From contig CAVVNQ010000008.1 of assembly GCA_963749705.1 (NCBI GenBank), positions 331,692 to 395,691 of the forward strand: 64,000 bases of DNA, read 5' to 3'. This DNA is from an uncultured Chloroflexia bacterium (lineage in GTDB: Bacteria; Chloroflexota; Limnocylindria; Limnocylindrales; CSP1-4). Both the position numbers and the translations under genes were made by a program. Below, piece by piece: positions 1-8,574 of this stretch (position 1 is its first letter; the number at the start of each line of letters is the position of its first letter). The notes under the pieces were generated by a model, which was not told the origin of the DNA, did no database searches, and saw nothing but the letters and a program-made list of their open reading frames with translations.

Positions 1-1
1 G

Positions 2-79
2 GGACGCAGCGTGGGCGACGTGGTCACGATCCGGACGCCCGGCGGCGAGATCCGGTACACGATCCTCGAGATCGAGTAG
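2..79 (+). CDS. greA: C-terminal end of GreA/GreB transcription elongation factor (partial)
   Basis: Frame from base 2 reads GRSVGDVVTIRTPGGEIRYTILEIE*, a typical Gre-factor C-terminus; greA versus greB cannot be resolved. Confidence 0.75.
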   Translation, partial: GRSVGDVVTIRTPGGEIRYTILEIE

Positions 80-86
80 CCGACGT

Positions 87-767
87 TCAGGCGCGCTGGC
101 CGGGACGGCCGCGGACCAGCGACAGCACGACCATCACCGCGCCCAGCCCGATCACCACGAACGGCAGCGCCTCGTCGAGGCCCGCGAGCCGTTCGCCGGA
201 CAGGCCGATCGCGCCCTCGAAGAACAGGGCGAAGCCGAGGAACAGCCCGAGGCCGATGAGCGTCAGCCGCAGCCCGTCGCCGACGAGCTCGCGATCGCCG
301 CGGGCCAGCCCGTAGACCAGCATCCCGAGGCCCGGACCGGTCGGCGCGACGAGCGCCCAGGCGTAGGCCCACGTCTCGTACAGCCCGTAGCTCTCCTGGA
401 CCCACAGCACGAGGCCGACCATGGTCACGATGGCGCCGGGGATCGCCAGCCCGACGCCGCCACGCGGCGGGATGAACAGCGATCCGGTCAGCATGGCCAG
501 GCCGGGCACGATGATCCACAGCGGCCAGGCGTGCGCACCGAGGGTGATGTCCAGGACCCGGCCGACCAGGAACAGGGTGCCGACGATGACCAGGATGATG
601 CCGCCCACGAGGGCGAGCTGCGGCGACCCCGGCGTGTCGGTACGGAACGGGGGCGGTGCGGCCGGTGTCATCGGCGTGGCTGGCGGCACCGGCGTCGTGG
701 GCGGTGGTGTCGGCGCTGCCGGGGTCGGCTCAACGGGCGGCGGGGCGAACGGATCGGGCGTGGTCAT
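87..767 (-). CDS. Multi-pass membrane protein with Pro-rich N-terminus (LiaF/DUF5668-like helices)
   Basis: 226-aa ORF with several hydrophobic helices and WPLWIIVPG / WAYAWALV motifs; SD-like AGGAGG upstream. Confidence 0.75.
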   Translation of the reverse strand: MTTPDPFAPPPVEPTPAAPTPPPTTPVPPATPMTPAAPPPFRTDTPGSPQLALVGGIILVIVGTLFLVGRVLDITLGAHAWPLWIIVPGLAMLTGSLFIPPRGGVGLAIPGAIVTMVGLVLWVQESYGLYETWAYAWALVAPTGPGLGMLVYGLARGDRELVGDGLRLTLIGLGLFLGFALFFEGAIGLSGERLAGLDEALPFVVIGLGAVMVVLSLVRGRPGQRA

Positions 768-863
768 CGACGGGCTCCCTCCTGCGGTTCGACGATGCTA
801 CTGCCCGCCATCGCCCCGCTCAACGTCCGATGGGAGCGTTCGCAGCGGCCACCAGGCAGGTGT

Positions 864-928
864 GCGACGGCGGCGCCGCGCGATCGTCAGCCGGGTTCGC
901 GACGGCGGCGCCGCGCCACGTCAGCCGG
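864..928. repeat. Two imperfect ~30-bp direct repeats (period 35) overlapping the stop codon of the Tag fusion gene
   Basis: gcgacggcggcgccgcgcgatcgtcagccgg at 864 and gcgacggcggcgccgcgccacgtcagccgg at 899. Confidence 0.7.
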
Positions 929-2123
929 CGCCCTCGCCCTGGACCTCGGACCAGCGGAAGCACCGCGTCACGTGGTCGTTGACGAGCCCGGCCGACTGCA
1001 TCAGCGCGTAGCAGATCGTCGGTCCCACGAACCGGAAGCCCCGGGCGCGCAGCTCGCGGCTCATCGCGCGCGAGACGTCCGTCTCGGCCGGGATCTCGGC
1101 CATGCCGGCCGCGGCGTTGACCACCGGCCGATCGCCGACGAACGACCACAGGAGCGAGGTGAGCGTGGTCCCTGCGGCGTGCAGGGCCAGGGTCGCCCGG
1201 GCGTTGTCGATCGCCGCCGCGACCTTGGCCCGGTTGCGCACGATGCCCGGGTCGTCCAGCAGCCGGGCGACATCGTTCGCGTCGAACGCGGCGACGGCCG
1301 CGGGATCGAAGCCCGCGAACGCGCGCCGGTAGCCATCGCGCTTGTGGAGGATGGTCGACCACGACAGCCCGGCCTGGGCACCCTCCAGGACGAGCAGCTC
1401 GAACAGGTGGCGCTCGTCGCGAACCGGCACGCCCCACTCCCGGTCGTGGTACGCGCGATACAGCGGATCCGGACCCTCCGCCCAGGCGCATCGGGTGGCG
1501 TCGCCGGCGGCCTCGCCGGGGGCATCGGGGCCGACCACGGGGGCGGCGTCGCGTGCGCCGGCATCCTCCGGGTCCGCGTGGTTGTCAATCGCTGCGTCGG
1601 GGGCCGCGTCATCGAGCCCGCGGAGGAAGGCTGCGATCCGGTCGAGCGCGTCATCGAGCACCGGCTTGAGCGAATGGCCGAGCTTCGGATACTCGACCAG
1701 GCTGCCGGCCGCCAACGTGGGCACGGCTGCCCGCAGCAGGTCGTGCCGGGCGAACGGATCCGAGGTGCCGGACAGGAGCAGGGCCGGGACGCGGATCCGG
1801 GACCAATGTTCCGTCCGTGCCGCCGCGGTCTCGGGCGCGCCTGGCCGGTGGAGCGGGTAGCTGAGGCAGACCAGGCCGGCGTATCGGCGGCTGCCGGCGG
1901 CGACGGCCAGCGATGCGACCCGACCGCCGTACGAATGCCCGCCGATCACGATCCCCGGCTCGTCGGGCACCTGGGCCTCGAACGCCGCAACCGCATCCTC
2001 GGCGCGACGTCGCGGGAGGTCGACGGCGTGGGCGTCGAAGCCGCGCGCTCGCAGGCCGTCGACCCAGGGCGCCATCGACGCCGCATTGCCCGATGCACCA
2101 TGGCCGAGGTAGATCCGCGTCAT
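921..2123 (-). CDS. tag: Alpha/beta hydrolase (KANL3/Tex30-like) fused to DNA-3-methyladenine glycosylase I
   Basis: N-half has HGASG, GGHSYGG nucleophile elbow, SYPLH, GTSDPF and GHSL. C-half has RCAWA..YHDREWGVP, LEGAQAGLSW, IVRNRAK, GFRFVGPTICYALMQSAGLVNDH..C. TACCGT lies 6 nt before the ATG. Confidence 0.9.
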   Translation of the reverse strand: MTRIYLGHGASGNAASMAPWVDGLRARGFDAHAVDLPRRRAEDAVAAFEAQVPDEPGIVIGGHSYGGRVASLAVAAGSRRYAGLVCLSYPLHRPGAPETAAARTEHWSRIRVPALLLSGTSDPFARHDLLRAAVPTLAAGSLVEYPKLGHSLKPVLDDALDRIAAFLRGLDDAAPDAAIDNHADPEDAGARDAAPVVGPDAPGEAAGDATRCAWAEGPDPLYRAYHDREWGVPVRDERHLFELLVLEGAQAGLSWSTILHKRDGYRRAFAGFDPAAVAAFDANDVARLLDDPGIVRNRAKVAAAIDNARATLALHAAGTTLTSLLWSFVGDRPVVNAAAGMAEIPAETDVSRAMSRELRARGFRFVGPTICYALMQSAGLVNDHVTRCFRWSEVQGEGAG

Positions 2124-2175
2124 CGGGCGACGGTACCCCGGCGGGCGGGTCGGGGTCGACCGGGCGCGAGCGCGG

Positions 2176-3042
2176 TCACAGCTCGCGGCGGCGGAACAGG
2201 GTCACCCCGGCGAGCAGGACGAGGGCGATCCAGGCCACGCTCCAGGCGACGAACGGCAGCGGCGGCGGCTCGCTCGCAAAGAACGGGTTCGCCTGCATCG
2301 CCTGGATGTTGCGGCCCGCCGCGGCCAGCAGCACCACCGGCGGCTCGAGGCCGTAGATCACGCCGCGCCACAGCCCATCGGTGGGGATCAGCACCCGGAC
2401 GACGTCGGCACCACCGGCCAGCGGCGCCGCGTCGAACGCGATCGCGATGTTGCCCAGCACGCCGGCGAACCAGCCGAGCCCGAACAGCACGACCGTGATG
2501 GCACCCGCGGCGATCGCCGGCAGCCGGGTGCCCAGGGTCAGCGCGACGGTCAGGACCGCGATCGACTGGAGCGCGAGGAAGCCGACCGCGACCATCGGCT
2601 GCGGCGGCACGTGCCCGCTCACCAGTGCCACCACGGCGATCGCGAGCAGCCCGGACACGACGGCATACCCGGTGACCATGATCGAGAGCCCCAGCCAGCG
2701 GCCGACCACGAGGTCGATCCGGCGCAGCGGCCGGGCCAGCATCGCGAGCACCGTCCCCGACTCCACGTCCGACGCGATGGCCGGCGCGGACAGGAACGCG
2801 GCCGACATCGCGAGCACGAAGCTGAACATGAATGCGATCAGGATCAGGACCTGGGACACGCCGATCCGGATCTCCAGCTCCTCGACGCCGTCGGCGCGGG
2901 CCGTGGTCACCAGTCGCTCGACGCCCCAGCCGACGAGCACGACGCTGATCAGCGACAGCGCGAGCAGGACCCACAGGATCCGGCGCCGGACGATCTCGCG
3001 CAGGGTGAGGGCCGCGATCACCAGGACCAGCCGGGGGCTCAT
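2176..3042 (-). CDS. ABC-2 type transporter permease
   Basis: About six TM segments and the DVESGT..MLARPLRR motif; overlaps the ATPase stop by 4 nt. Confidence 0.9.
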   Translation of the reverse strand: MSPRLVLVIAALTLREIVRRRILWVLLALSLISVVLVGWGVERLVTTARADGVEELEIRIGVSQVLILIAFMFSFVLAMSAAFLSAPAIASDVESGTVLAMLARPLRRIDLVVGRWLGLSIMVTGYAVVSGLLAIAVVALVSGHVPPQPMVAVGFLALQSIAVLTVALTLGTRLPAIAAGAITVVLFGLGWFAGVLGNIAIAFDAAPLAGGADVVRVLIPTDGLWRGVIYGLEPPVVLLAAAGRNIQAMQANPFFASEPPPLPFVAWSVAWIALVLLAGVTLFRRREL

Positions 3043-4010
3043 CGGATCGTACCGTCGCTTGCGTGCCCGTCGCCGGCGTCCATGTCATCGCCGGGCGATC
3101 CGTCGCCCGCCCCGGCGGCGCGCACGACGTCGAGGAACGCGTCCTCGAGCGAGCGGCGCGCCGGATCGACGGCATGGACCCGACCGCCCGCGGCGACCAC
3201 GGCCGCGACGACGTCCGGGATGCGGGCCGGGTCCAGCGGCCGGATCGTCAGCCAGTCTCCCTCGCGGGCGAGCGGCCCGAACGGGCGCAGCGTCTCGTCG
3301 CCGATCGGCAGGTCGGTGACCCGGAGCCGCACGGCCGGCTCGCCCAGCAGGTCGCCCAGCGCGCCGGCGGCGACCACGCTGCCGCGGTTGACGATCGCGA
3401 CCCGGTCGCACAGGCGCTCCACCTCGCCCAGGAGGTGGGAGTTGAGCAGCACCGCGGAGCCGCGCTCGCGTGCCTCGCGGATGATCGCCCGTACGTCCTC
3501 GCGACCGAGCGGGTCCAGCGCGGACGTCGGCTCGTCGAGGATGACCAGCGCCGGGTCCCCGAGCAGGGCCGCAGCCAGGCCGAGCCGCTGCTGCATGCCC
3601 TTCGAGAAGCCGCCGATCCGGTCGCGGGCCCGCGCATCGAGCCCGGCGAGCGCGAGGACCCGCCCGATCTCGGGCTCGCGCGAGGCCCGCGGGAGGCCCG
3701 CGAGCTCGGCGTGCAGGGCGAGCACCTCGTGCGCGGACAGCCACGCCTGGTAGCGGAACATCTCGGGCAGGTAGCCGATCCGCCGGCGTGCCTCGCGGTC
3801 GCCGAGCGGGCGTCCGAGCACGCGGCCGGACCCCGAGGTGGGCCGCGCCAGTCCCAGCAGGAGCTTGACCGCGGTCGTCTTGCCGGCGCCGTTGGGACCG
3901 AGGAACCCGAACACCTCGCCCGGCTCCACGCGCAGGTCGAGCGCGTCGAGCGCCAGCGTCTGCCCGTAGACCTTGCGCAGGCCGTGGGTCTCGATCGCGG
4001 GCGGGATCAT
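3039..4010 (-). CDS. ABC transporter ATP-binding protein
   Basis: GPNGAGKT Walker A, FSKGMQQR signature, ILDEPT Walker B, SH switch. Confidence 0.95.
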   Translation of the reverse strand: MIPPAIETHGLRKVYGQTLALDALDLRVEPGEVFGFLGPNGAGKTTAVKLLLGLARPTSGSGRVLGRPLGDREARRRIGYLPEMFRYQAWLSAHEVLALHAELAGLPRASREPEIGRVLALAGLDARARDRIGGFSKGMQQRLGLAAALLGDPALVILDEPTSALDPLGREDVRAIIREARERGSAVLLNSHLLGEVERLCDRVAIVNRGSVVAAGALGDLLGEPAVRLRVTDLPIGDETLRPFGPLAREGDWLTIRPLDPARIPDVVAAVVAAGGRVHAVDPARRSLEDAFLDVVRAAGAGDGSPGDDMDAGDGHASDGTIR

Positions 4011-4029
4011 GGGCCAATTCTCCGGCTTG

Positions 4030-4070
4030 CGGACGGATCCGTCCGGGTTCGTGACAGGCTAGGTGTCACG
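4030..4070. promoter_or_regulatory. Two palindromes in a divergent intergenic region (candidate operators)
   Basis: Perfect 16-bp CGGACGGATCCGTCCG (4030-4045) and CGTGACA-N7-TGTCACG (4050-4070). Confidence 0.5.
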
Positions 4071-4122
4071 GGACGCGCCCAGTCTGGCGATCGTGACGAC
4101 CAACCAGCCGGAGGCCCGAATC

Positions 4123-4260
4123 ATGATCTTCGTCGATTGCCCGCTGTGCGACCGGGCAGCCCCGCTCGACACGGCCGGCGACGCGCTGGACTGCCCCACC
4201 TGCGGGGTCCACCTCGACCTGGCCCCGGACGACGTGCCGGTCCTCGCCGCGGCCGCCTGA
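4123..4260 (+). CDS. 45-aa zinc-ribbon microprotein
   Basis: GGAGG at 4110-4114, 8 nt before the ATG; MIFVDCPLC...CPTCG has two CxxC knuckles. Confidence 0.75.
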   Translation: MIFVDCPLCDRAAPLDTAGDALDCPTCGVHLDLAPDDVPVLAAAA

Positions 4261-4340
4261 TCGGACGGCAACGCACGGACCTGCCGCGACGCGAACCACC
4301 CGCCGCGACGCGGATCCGTGGGTGCACCGGCGTTGCCGGG

Positions 4341-5411
4341 TCAGGCGGCCGGCGGCTCACCCGAGGTCGCGACCACCGATGCGTCGAGCACCGGAAGTCC
4401 CGGGGCACCCTGCTCGACGAGCCAGCAGGCCGCACTCTGGCCACCGCCGACATCGAGCAGCGGCGGCTCCTCGACCTTGCACCGGTCGAACGCCAGCGGA
4501 CACCGCGGGTGAAACCGGCAACCCGTCGGGACGTGCGCGGCGTCGGGCGTCTCGCCCACCAGGATCGTGCGGGTCGCACGGACGCCCTCGTCGGGCGGGT
4601 CCGGCGACGGGCTGACCGAGACCAGCGCCTGCGTGTACGGATTGCGAGGCGCCTTGATGATCCGCTGCGCCGGGCCGATCTCCATGATCTTGCCCAGGTA
4701 CATCACGGCGATCCGGTCGGCAAGCACCCAGGCCAGCGACAGGTCGTGGGTGATGAACAGGTAGGTCAGCCCGCGCTCCTCGCGCAGGTCGAGCATCAGG
4801 TGCAGGAGCTCGGTGCGGATCGAGACGTCGAGCATCGACACGGGCTCGTCCGCGACCACCAGCTGCGGGTCGAGCACCAGCGACCCGGCGATCACGACGC
4901 GCTGGCGCTGGCCTCCGGACAGCTCGTGCGGGTACCGGTTGGCGAAGTCCGAGGCCGGGCGCAGGCCGGATGACTCGAGCGCGGACATGACCCGCTCCTC
5001 GAGCGCCGCCCGCCCGCGCACGATCCGGTTGACCTCGAGCGGCTCGGCCACGAAGTCGCGGATCGTCTGCTTCGGGTTGAGCGTCTCGTACGGGTCCTGG
5101 AAGATCATCTGGACTCGGCGGCGATACGGCCGCAGCGCGCCGACGCCCCACAGGTCGGTGACATCCTGCCCATCGAACACGACCCGGCCGCCGGTCTGCC
5201 GGGTCAGCTTGACGATCACCCGGCCGGTCGTCGTCTTGCCGCTGCCGGACTCGCCGACCAGCGCCAGCACCTCGCCGGCACGGATCGCGATGTCGATCCC
5301 GTCGACCGCGCGGACGAACCCCCGGGGTCGACGGCGCGCCGCGTCGAGCAGGCTGCCGCGAATGGGGAAGTGGACCTCCAGCCCCTCGAGCCGGAGCAGC
5401 TCGTCGCTCAT
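4341..5411 (-). CDS. oppF: Oligopeptide/dipeptide ABC ATPase (OppF/DppF family)
   Basis: GESGSGKT, LSGGQRQR, ADEPVS and C-terminal GCRFHPRC..C..C oligo_HPY domain. Confidence 0.92.
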   Translation of the reverse strand: MSDELLRLEGLEVHFPIRGSLLDAARRRPRGFVRAVDGIDIAIRAGEVLALVGESGSGKTTTGRVIVKLTRQTGGRVVFDGQDVTDLWGVGALRPYRRRVQMIFQDPYETLNPKQTIRDFVAEPLEVNRIVRGRAALEERVMSALESSGLRPASDFANRYPHELSGGQRQRVVIAGSLVLDPQLVVADEPVSMLDVSIRTELLHLMLDLREERGLTYLFITHDLSLAWVLADRIAVMYLGKIMEIGPAQRIIKAPRNPYTQALVSVSPSPDPPDEGVRATRTILVGETPDAAHVPTGCRFHPRCPLAFDRCKVEEPPLLDVGGGQSAACWLVEQGAPGLPVLDASVVATSGEPPAA

Positions 5412-6556
5412 GAGGCAGCCTCGGCACCGGTCGCCGTCGACGGGGCTGTGGCGCGGCTCGGTTCAACGGCGGGCGTCGCCTCCGTCGGCGGGTACAGGTG
5501 GCAGGCCACCCGGACGCCGTCGGCGAGGCGGACCTCGGGCGGCACGACCTCTGAGCACACCGCCATCGCGTGCTCGCAGCGCGGCGCGAACCGGCAGCCG
5601 GGCGGCGGGTTGCGCAGGTCCGGGATGGTGCCCGGGATCACGTCGAGGTTGCGCCGGTCGGTTCGGATGCTGGGGAACGCGGCCAGCAGCTTGCGCGTGT
5701 AGGGATGGTGCGGCTCGCGGAACACCTGTGACACGGGCCCTTCCTCGGCGACCCGGCCGGCGTACATGACCAGGACCCGGTCACACGTCTCGGCGATCAC
5801 GGACAGGTCATGGGTGATCAGCATCAGCGACAGGCCGAGGTCGCGCCGGAGGCGCTCGAGGAGCTCCAGGATCTGGGCCTGGACCATGACGTCCAGCGCG
5901 GTCGTGGGCTCGTCGCCGATGACCAGCGCGGGATCGCACGCGAGGGCCATCGCGATCATGGCGCGCTGGCGCATCCCACCCGACAGCTCGTGCGGGTAGG
6001 CGGACCCCCGCTTCTTGGGGATCCCGACCAGCTCGAGCAGCTCAGCGGCGCGCGCGAGCGACGCCTTCCGCGTCTGGCCCAGCCGGATCTCGACCGGCTC
6101 GGCGATCTGGTCGCCCACCCGCCTGACCGGGTTGAGCGCGTTCATCGCGCCCTGGAACACGATGCTGATCTCGCGCCACCGGTAGCGCAGCAGCTGGCGC
6201 TCCGTCTTGGGCACGAGATCGATCCCGAACAGCTTGACGCTGCCGGACCTGATGCGCGCATTGGGCGGCAGCAGCCGGACCAGCGACAGCGCGGTGGTGG
6301 TCTTGCCGCAGCCGGACTCTCCGGCGATACCCAGGGCCTCACCGTCGTTGACGCGGAACGAGACACCGTCCACCGCCTTGACGCTGCCGCTGGCCAGCCG
6401 GAAGTGGACCCGCAGGTCCTCGACCTCGAGCAGCGGGGCGTCGGGATCGGCCTGCCTGGGCAGCGGCCACTGGCGCCGCTCGCGCAGCGGGACGAGGCGG
6501 GCGGCGGCCTCGCCCGGATCGGTGGCCTCGGGGCGCGGGGCGATCAGATCGGTCAC
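5408..6556 (-). CDS. oppD: Oligopeptide/dipeptide ABC ATPase (OppD/DppD family)
   Basis: GESGCGKT, LSGGMRQR, GDEPTT, HPYT, GCRFAPRC. GTG start at 6556 overlaps the oppC stop; the longer ORF call is spurious upstream. Confidence 0.92.
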   Translation of the reverse strand: MTDLIAPRPEATDPGEAAARLVPLRERRQWPLPRQADPDAPLLEVEDLRVHFRLASGSVKAVDGVSFRVNDGEALGIAGESGCGKTTTALSLVRLLPPNARIRSGSVKLFGIDLVPKTERQLLRYRWREISIVFQGAMNALNPVRRVGDQIAEPVEIRLGQTRKASLARAAELLELVGIPKKRGSAYPHELSGGMRQRAMIAMALACDPALVIGDEPTTALDVMVQAQILELLERLRRDLGLSLMLITHDLSVIAETCDRVLVMYAGRVAEEGPVSQVFREPHHPYTRKLLAAFPSIRTDRRNLDVIPGTIPDLRNPPPGCRFAPRCEHAMAVCSEVVPPEVRLADGVRVACHLYPPTEATPAVEPSRATAPSTATGAEAAS

Positions 6557-7503
6557 TGGCGGGTCCGCAGCTTCGGGTTGAGGACGTCGTCGAGGGCGTT
6601 GCCGAGCAACGTGAACGCGAGCACGACGAGGATGATCGAGACCGCCGGCGGGGCGAGATACCACCAGGCGCCCAGCCCGGGCGCCCCGGCGCCCTGCGCG
6701 GCGTTGAGGATCTGGCCCCACGACGGCTGGAACGGATCGCCGAGCCCGATGAACGAGAGCGTGGTCTCGGTCAGGACGGCACCGGCGAACGTGAGCACGG
6801 CATTGGCCACGATCAGGCTCATCACGTTGGGCAGGATGTGCCGCCACATGATGTGGGCCTGGCTGCTGCCGATGACCCGCGCCCGATCGACGAACGCCCG
6901 CTCGCGCAGGGACAGCGTCTGGCTGCGGATGATCCGCGCGGTCGAGGCCCAGCTGGTGATCCCGATCACGACCACGATCACGACCAGCGTCATGCGCATG
7001 CCCAGGAACTCCGCCTGGGCGCCGATGACATCGAGCAGGACCGGCGCCAGGATGAGCGCGAGCACGAACGTCGGCAGCACCAGGAAGAAGTCCGAGATGC
7101 GCATCAGGATCGTGTCCGTCACCCCACCGACGAACCCGGCGACGATGCCGATCACGGCGCCGATGAGGACCGTGATCAGGGTCGCCAGCAGGCCGATCGC
7201 CATGGATGTCCGCGTCCCGTGGATCGTCAGGTTGAGCACGTCGCGACCGAGCGCGTCGGTCCCGAACAGGTGCGCGGCATCCGGGGCCGCAAGGCGCCCC
7301 CCGCTCGCGGTCACCGCGGTCTCGAGCGGGCCCACCAGCAGCTGGGGTGCGAGCGCGAGCACCGTGAAGAACGCGAGGATCAGCACGCCCAGCACGCCGT
7401 CGCGGCGGGCCACGAAGCGGACGGCGAACGATCGCAGGTTGCGCATCGGCGGACCCACCCCGCCGGCCCGCCCATCCATGAGGGTGGTGACCTCGGCGCT
7501 CAT
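6553..7503 (-). CDS. oppC: Peptide ABC permease (OppC/DppC)
   Basis: HLFGTDALGRD, EAA-like loop and LGNALDDVLNP. Confidence 0.93.
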   Translation of the reverse strand: MSAEVTTLMDGRAGGVGPPMRNLRSFAVRFVARRDGVLGVLILAFFTVLALAPQLLVGPLETAVTASGGRLAAPDAAHLFGTDALGRDVLNLTIHGTRTSMAIGLLATLITVLIGAVIGIVAGFVGGVTDTILMRISDFFLVLPTFVLALILAPVLLDVIGAQAEFLGMRMTLVVIVVVIGITSWASTARIIRSQTLSLRERAFVDRARVIGSSQAHIMWRHILPNVMSLIVANAVLTFAGAVLTETTLSFIGLGDPFQPSWGQILNAAQGAGAPGLGAWWYLAPPAVSIILVVLAFTLLGNALDDVLNPKLRTRQ

Positions 7504-8474
7504 GCCCGCACCCGCGGATCGAGCAGGCCGTAGACGAGATCGGCGGCCAGGTTGGCAAGCACGACCGAGACGGCCAGGAGCAGGAACACGCCCTGGAGGA
7601 CCGGGTAGTCGCGAGCGGACAGCGCGTCGACGGTGAGCGTTCCCAGCCCGGGCCAGTTGAACACGATCTCCGCGGTGATCGCGCCCGCGATCACGTATCC
7701 CAGCTGGAGGGCCACGATCGTGACCGCGGGCAGCAGCGCGTTGGGCAGCGCATGGACGCGCAGGACGCGCCCGTCACGCAGGCCCTTGGCGCGGGCGGTC
7801 TGGACATAGTCCTCGGCCAGGGTCTCGATGATCGACGACCGCATCAGGATCGAGTACAGCCCGATCAGCCCGAACGAGACCGTCACGAGGGGCAGGAACA
7901 GGTGGCTGCCGAAGTCCCACAGCCGGTCGAATACCGAGTTGTAGGTCGCGCCGACCGTCAGCATCCCGTTGGTCGGGAACCAGTGCAGGCCGGTCGCAAA
8001 GATGACCAGCAGGAACATGCCCAGCACGAAATAGGGCGTCGAATACAGGACGAGCGAGACCCCGTTCCCGACATAGTCCACCGATCCCCCGCGTCTCCAG
8101 CCCGCGTACGCGCCGAGCCCCAGCCCCAGGACCACGGCGATGACCTCGCCCGTCCCGAACAGGATGATCGTCGGCCACACGCGGTCGCCGAGGACCTCGG
8201 TGACGGGCTCGCCGCGGTACTTGAACGAGAGGCCCAGGTCGCCCTGGACCGTGGACTCGACGTAGGCGATGAACTGGTCCGGGATCAGCGGCTTGTCGAG
8301 GCCCCACTTCGCCTTGAGGGCCGCCTTGGTCTCGGCCGAGATGTTGGGGTTGCGAGTGAGGATCCGCTCCGGTGACCCGGGCATCAGCCGGAACAGGAAG
8401 AAGTTGAGGACGAGGATGAACAGGATCGTCAGGGTCGCCTGCAGGATGCGACGTCCGAGATACCTGGTGCCCAC
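7500..8474 (-). CDS. oppB: Peptide ABC permease (OppB/DppB)
   Basis: MPGSP, GDLGLSF, DYVQTARAKGL, RDYPVLQG, LDPRVR. Confidence 0.93.
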   Translation of the reverse strand: MGTRYLGRRILQATLTILFILVLNFFLFRLMPGSPERILTRNPNISAETKAALKAKWGLDKPLIPDQFIAYVESTVQGDLGLSFKYRGEPVTEVLGDRVWPTIILFGTGEVIAVVLGLGLGAYAGWRRGGSVDYVGNGVSLVLYSTPYFVLGMFLLVIFATGLHWFPTNGMLTVGATYNSVFDRLWDFGSHLFLPLVTVSFGLIGLYSILMRSSIIETLAEDYVQTARAKGLRDGRVLRVHALPNALLPAVTIVALQLGYVIAGAITAEIVFNWPGLGTLTVDALSARDYPVLQGVFLLLAVSVVLANLAADLVYGLLDPRVRA

Positions 8475-8574
8475 GCCTCGCCCTCTCTAGGGGTGGATGC
8501 CGGCCGGGACCGGTCGGCTGGCGGAGACGCGGTCGCGCTCCGCCAGCATCGGGTCAGCCCGGGGTTGCCGGTGC

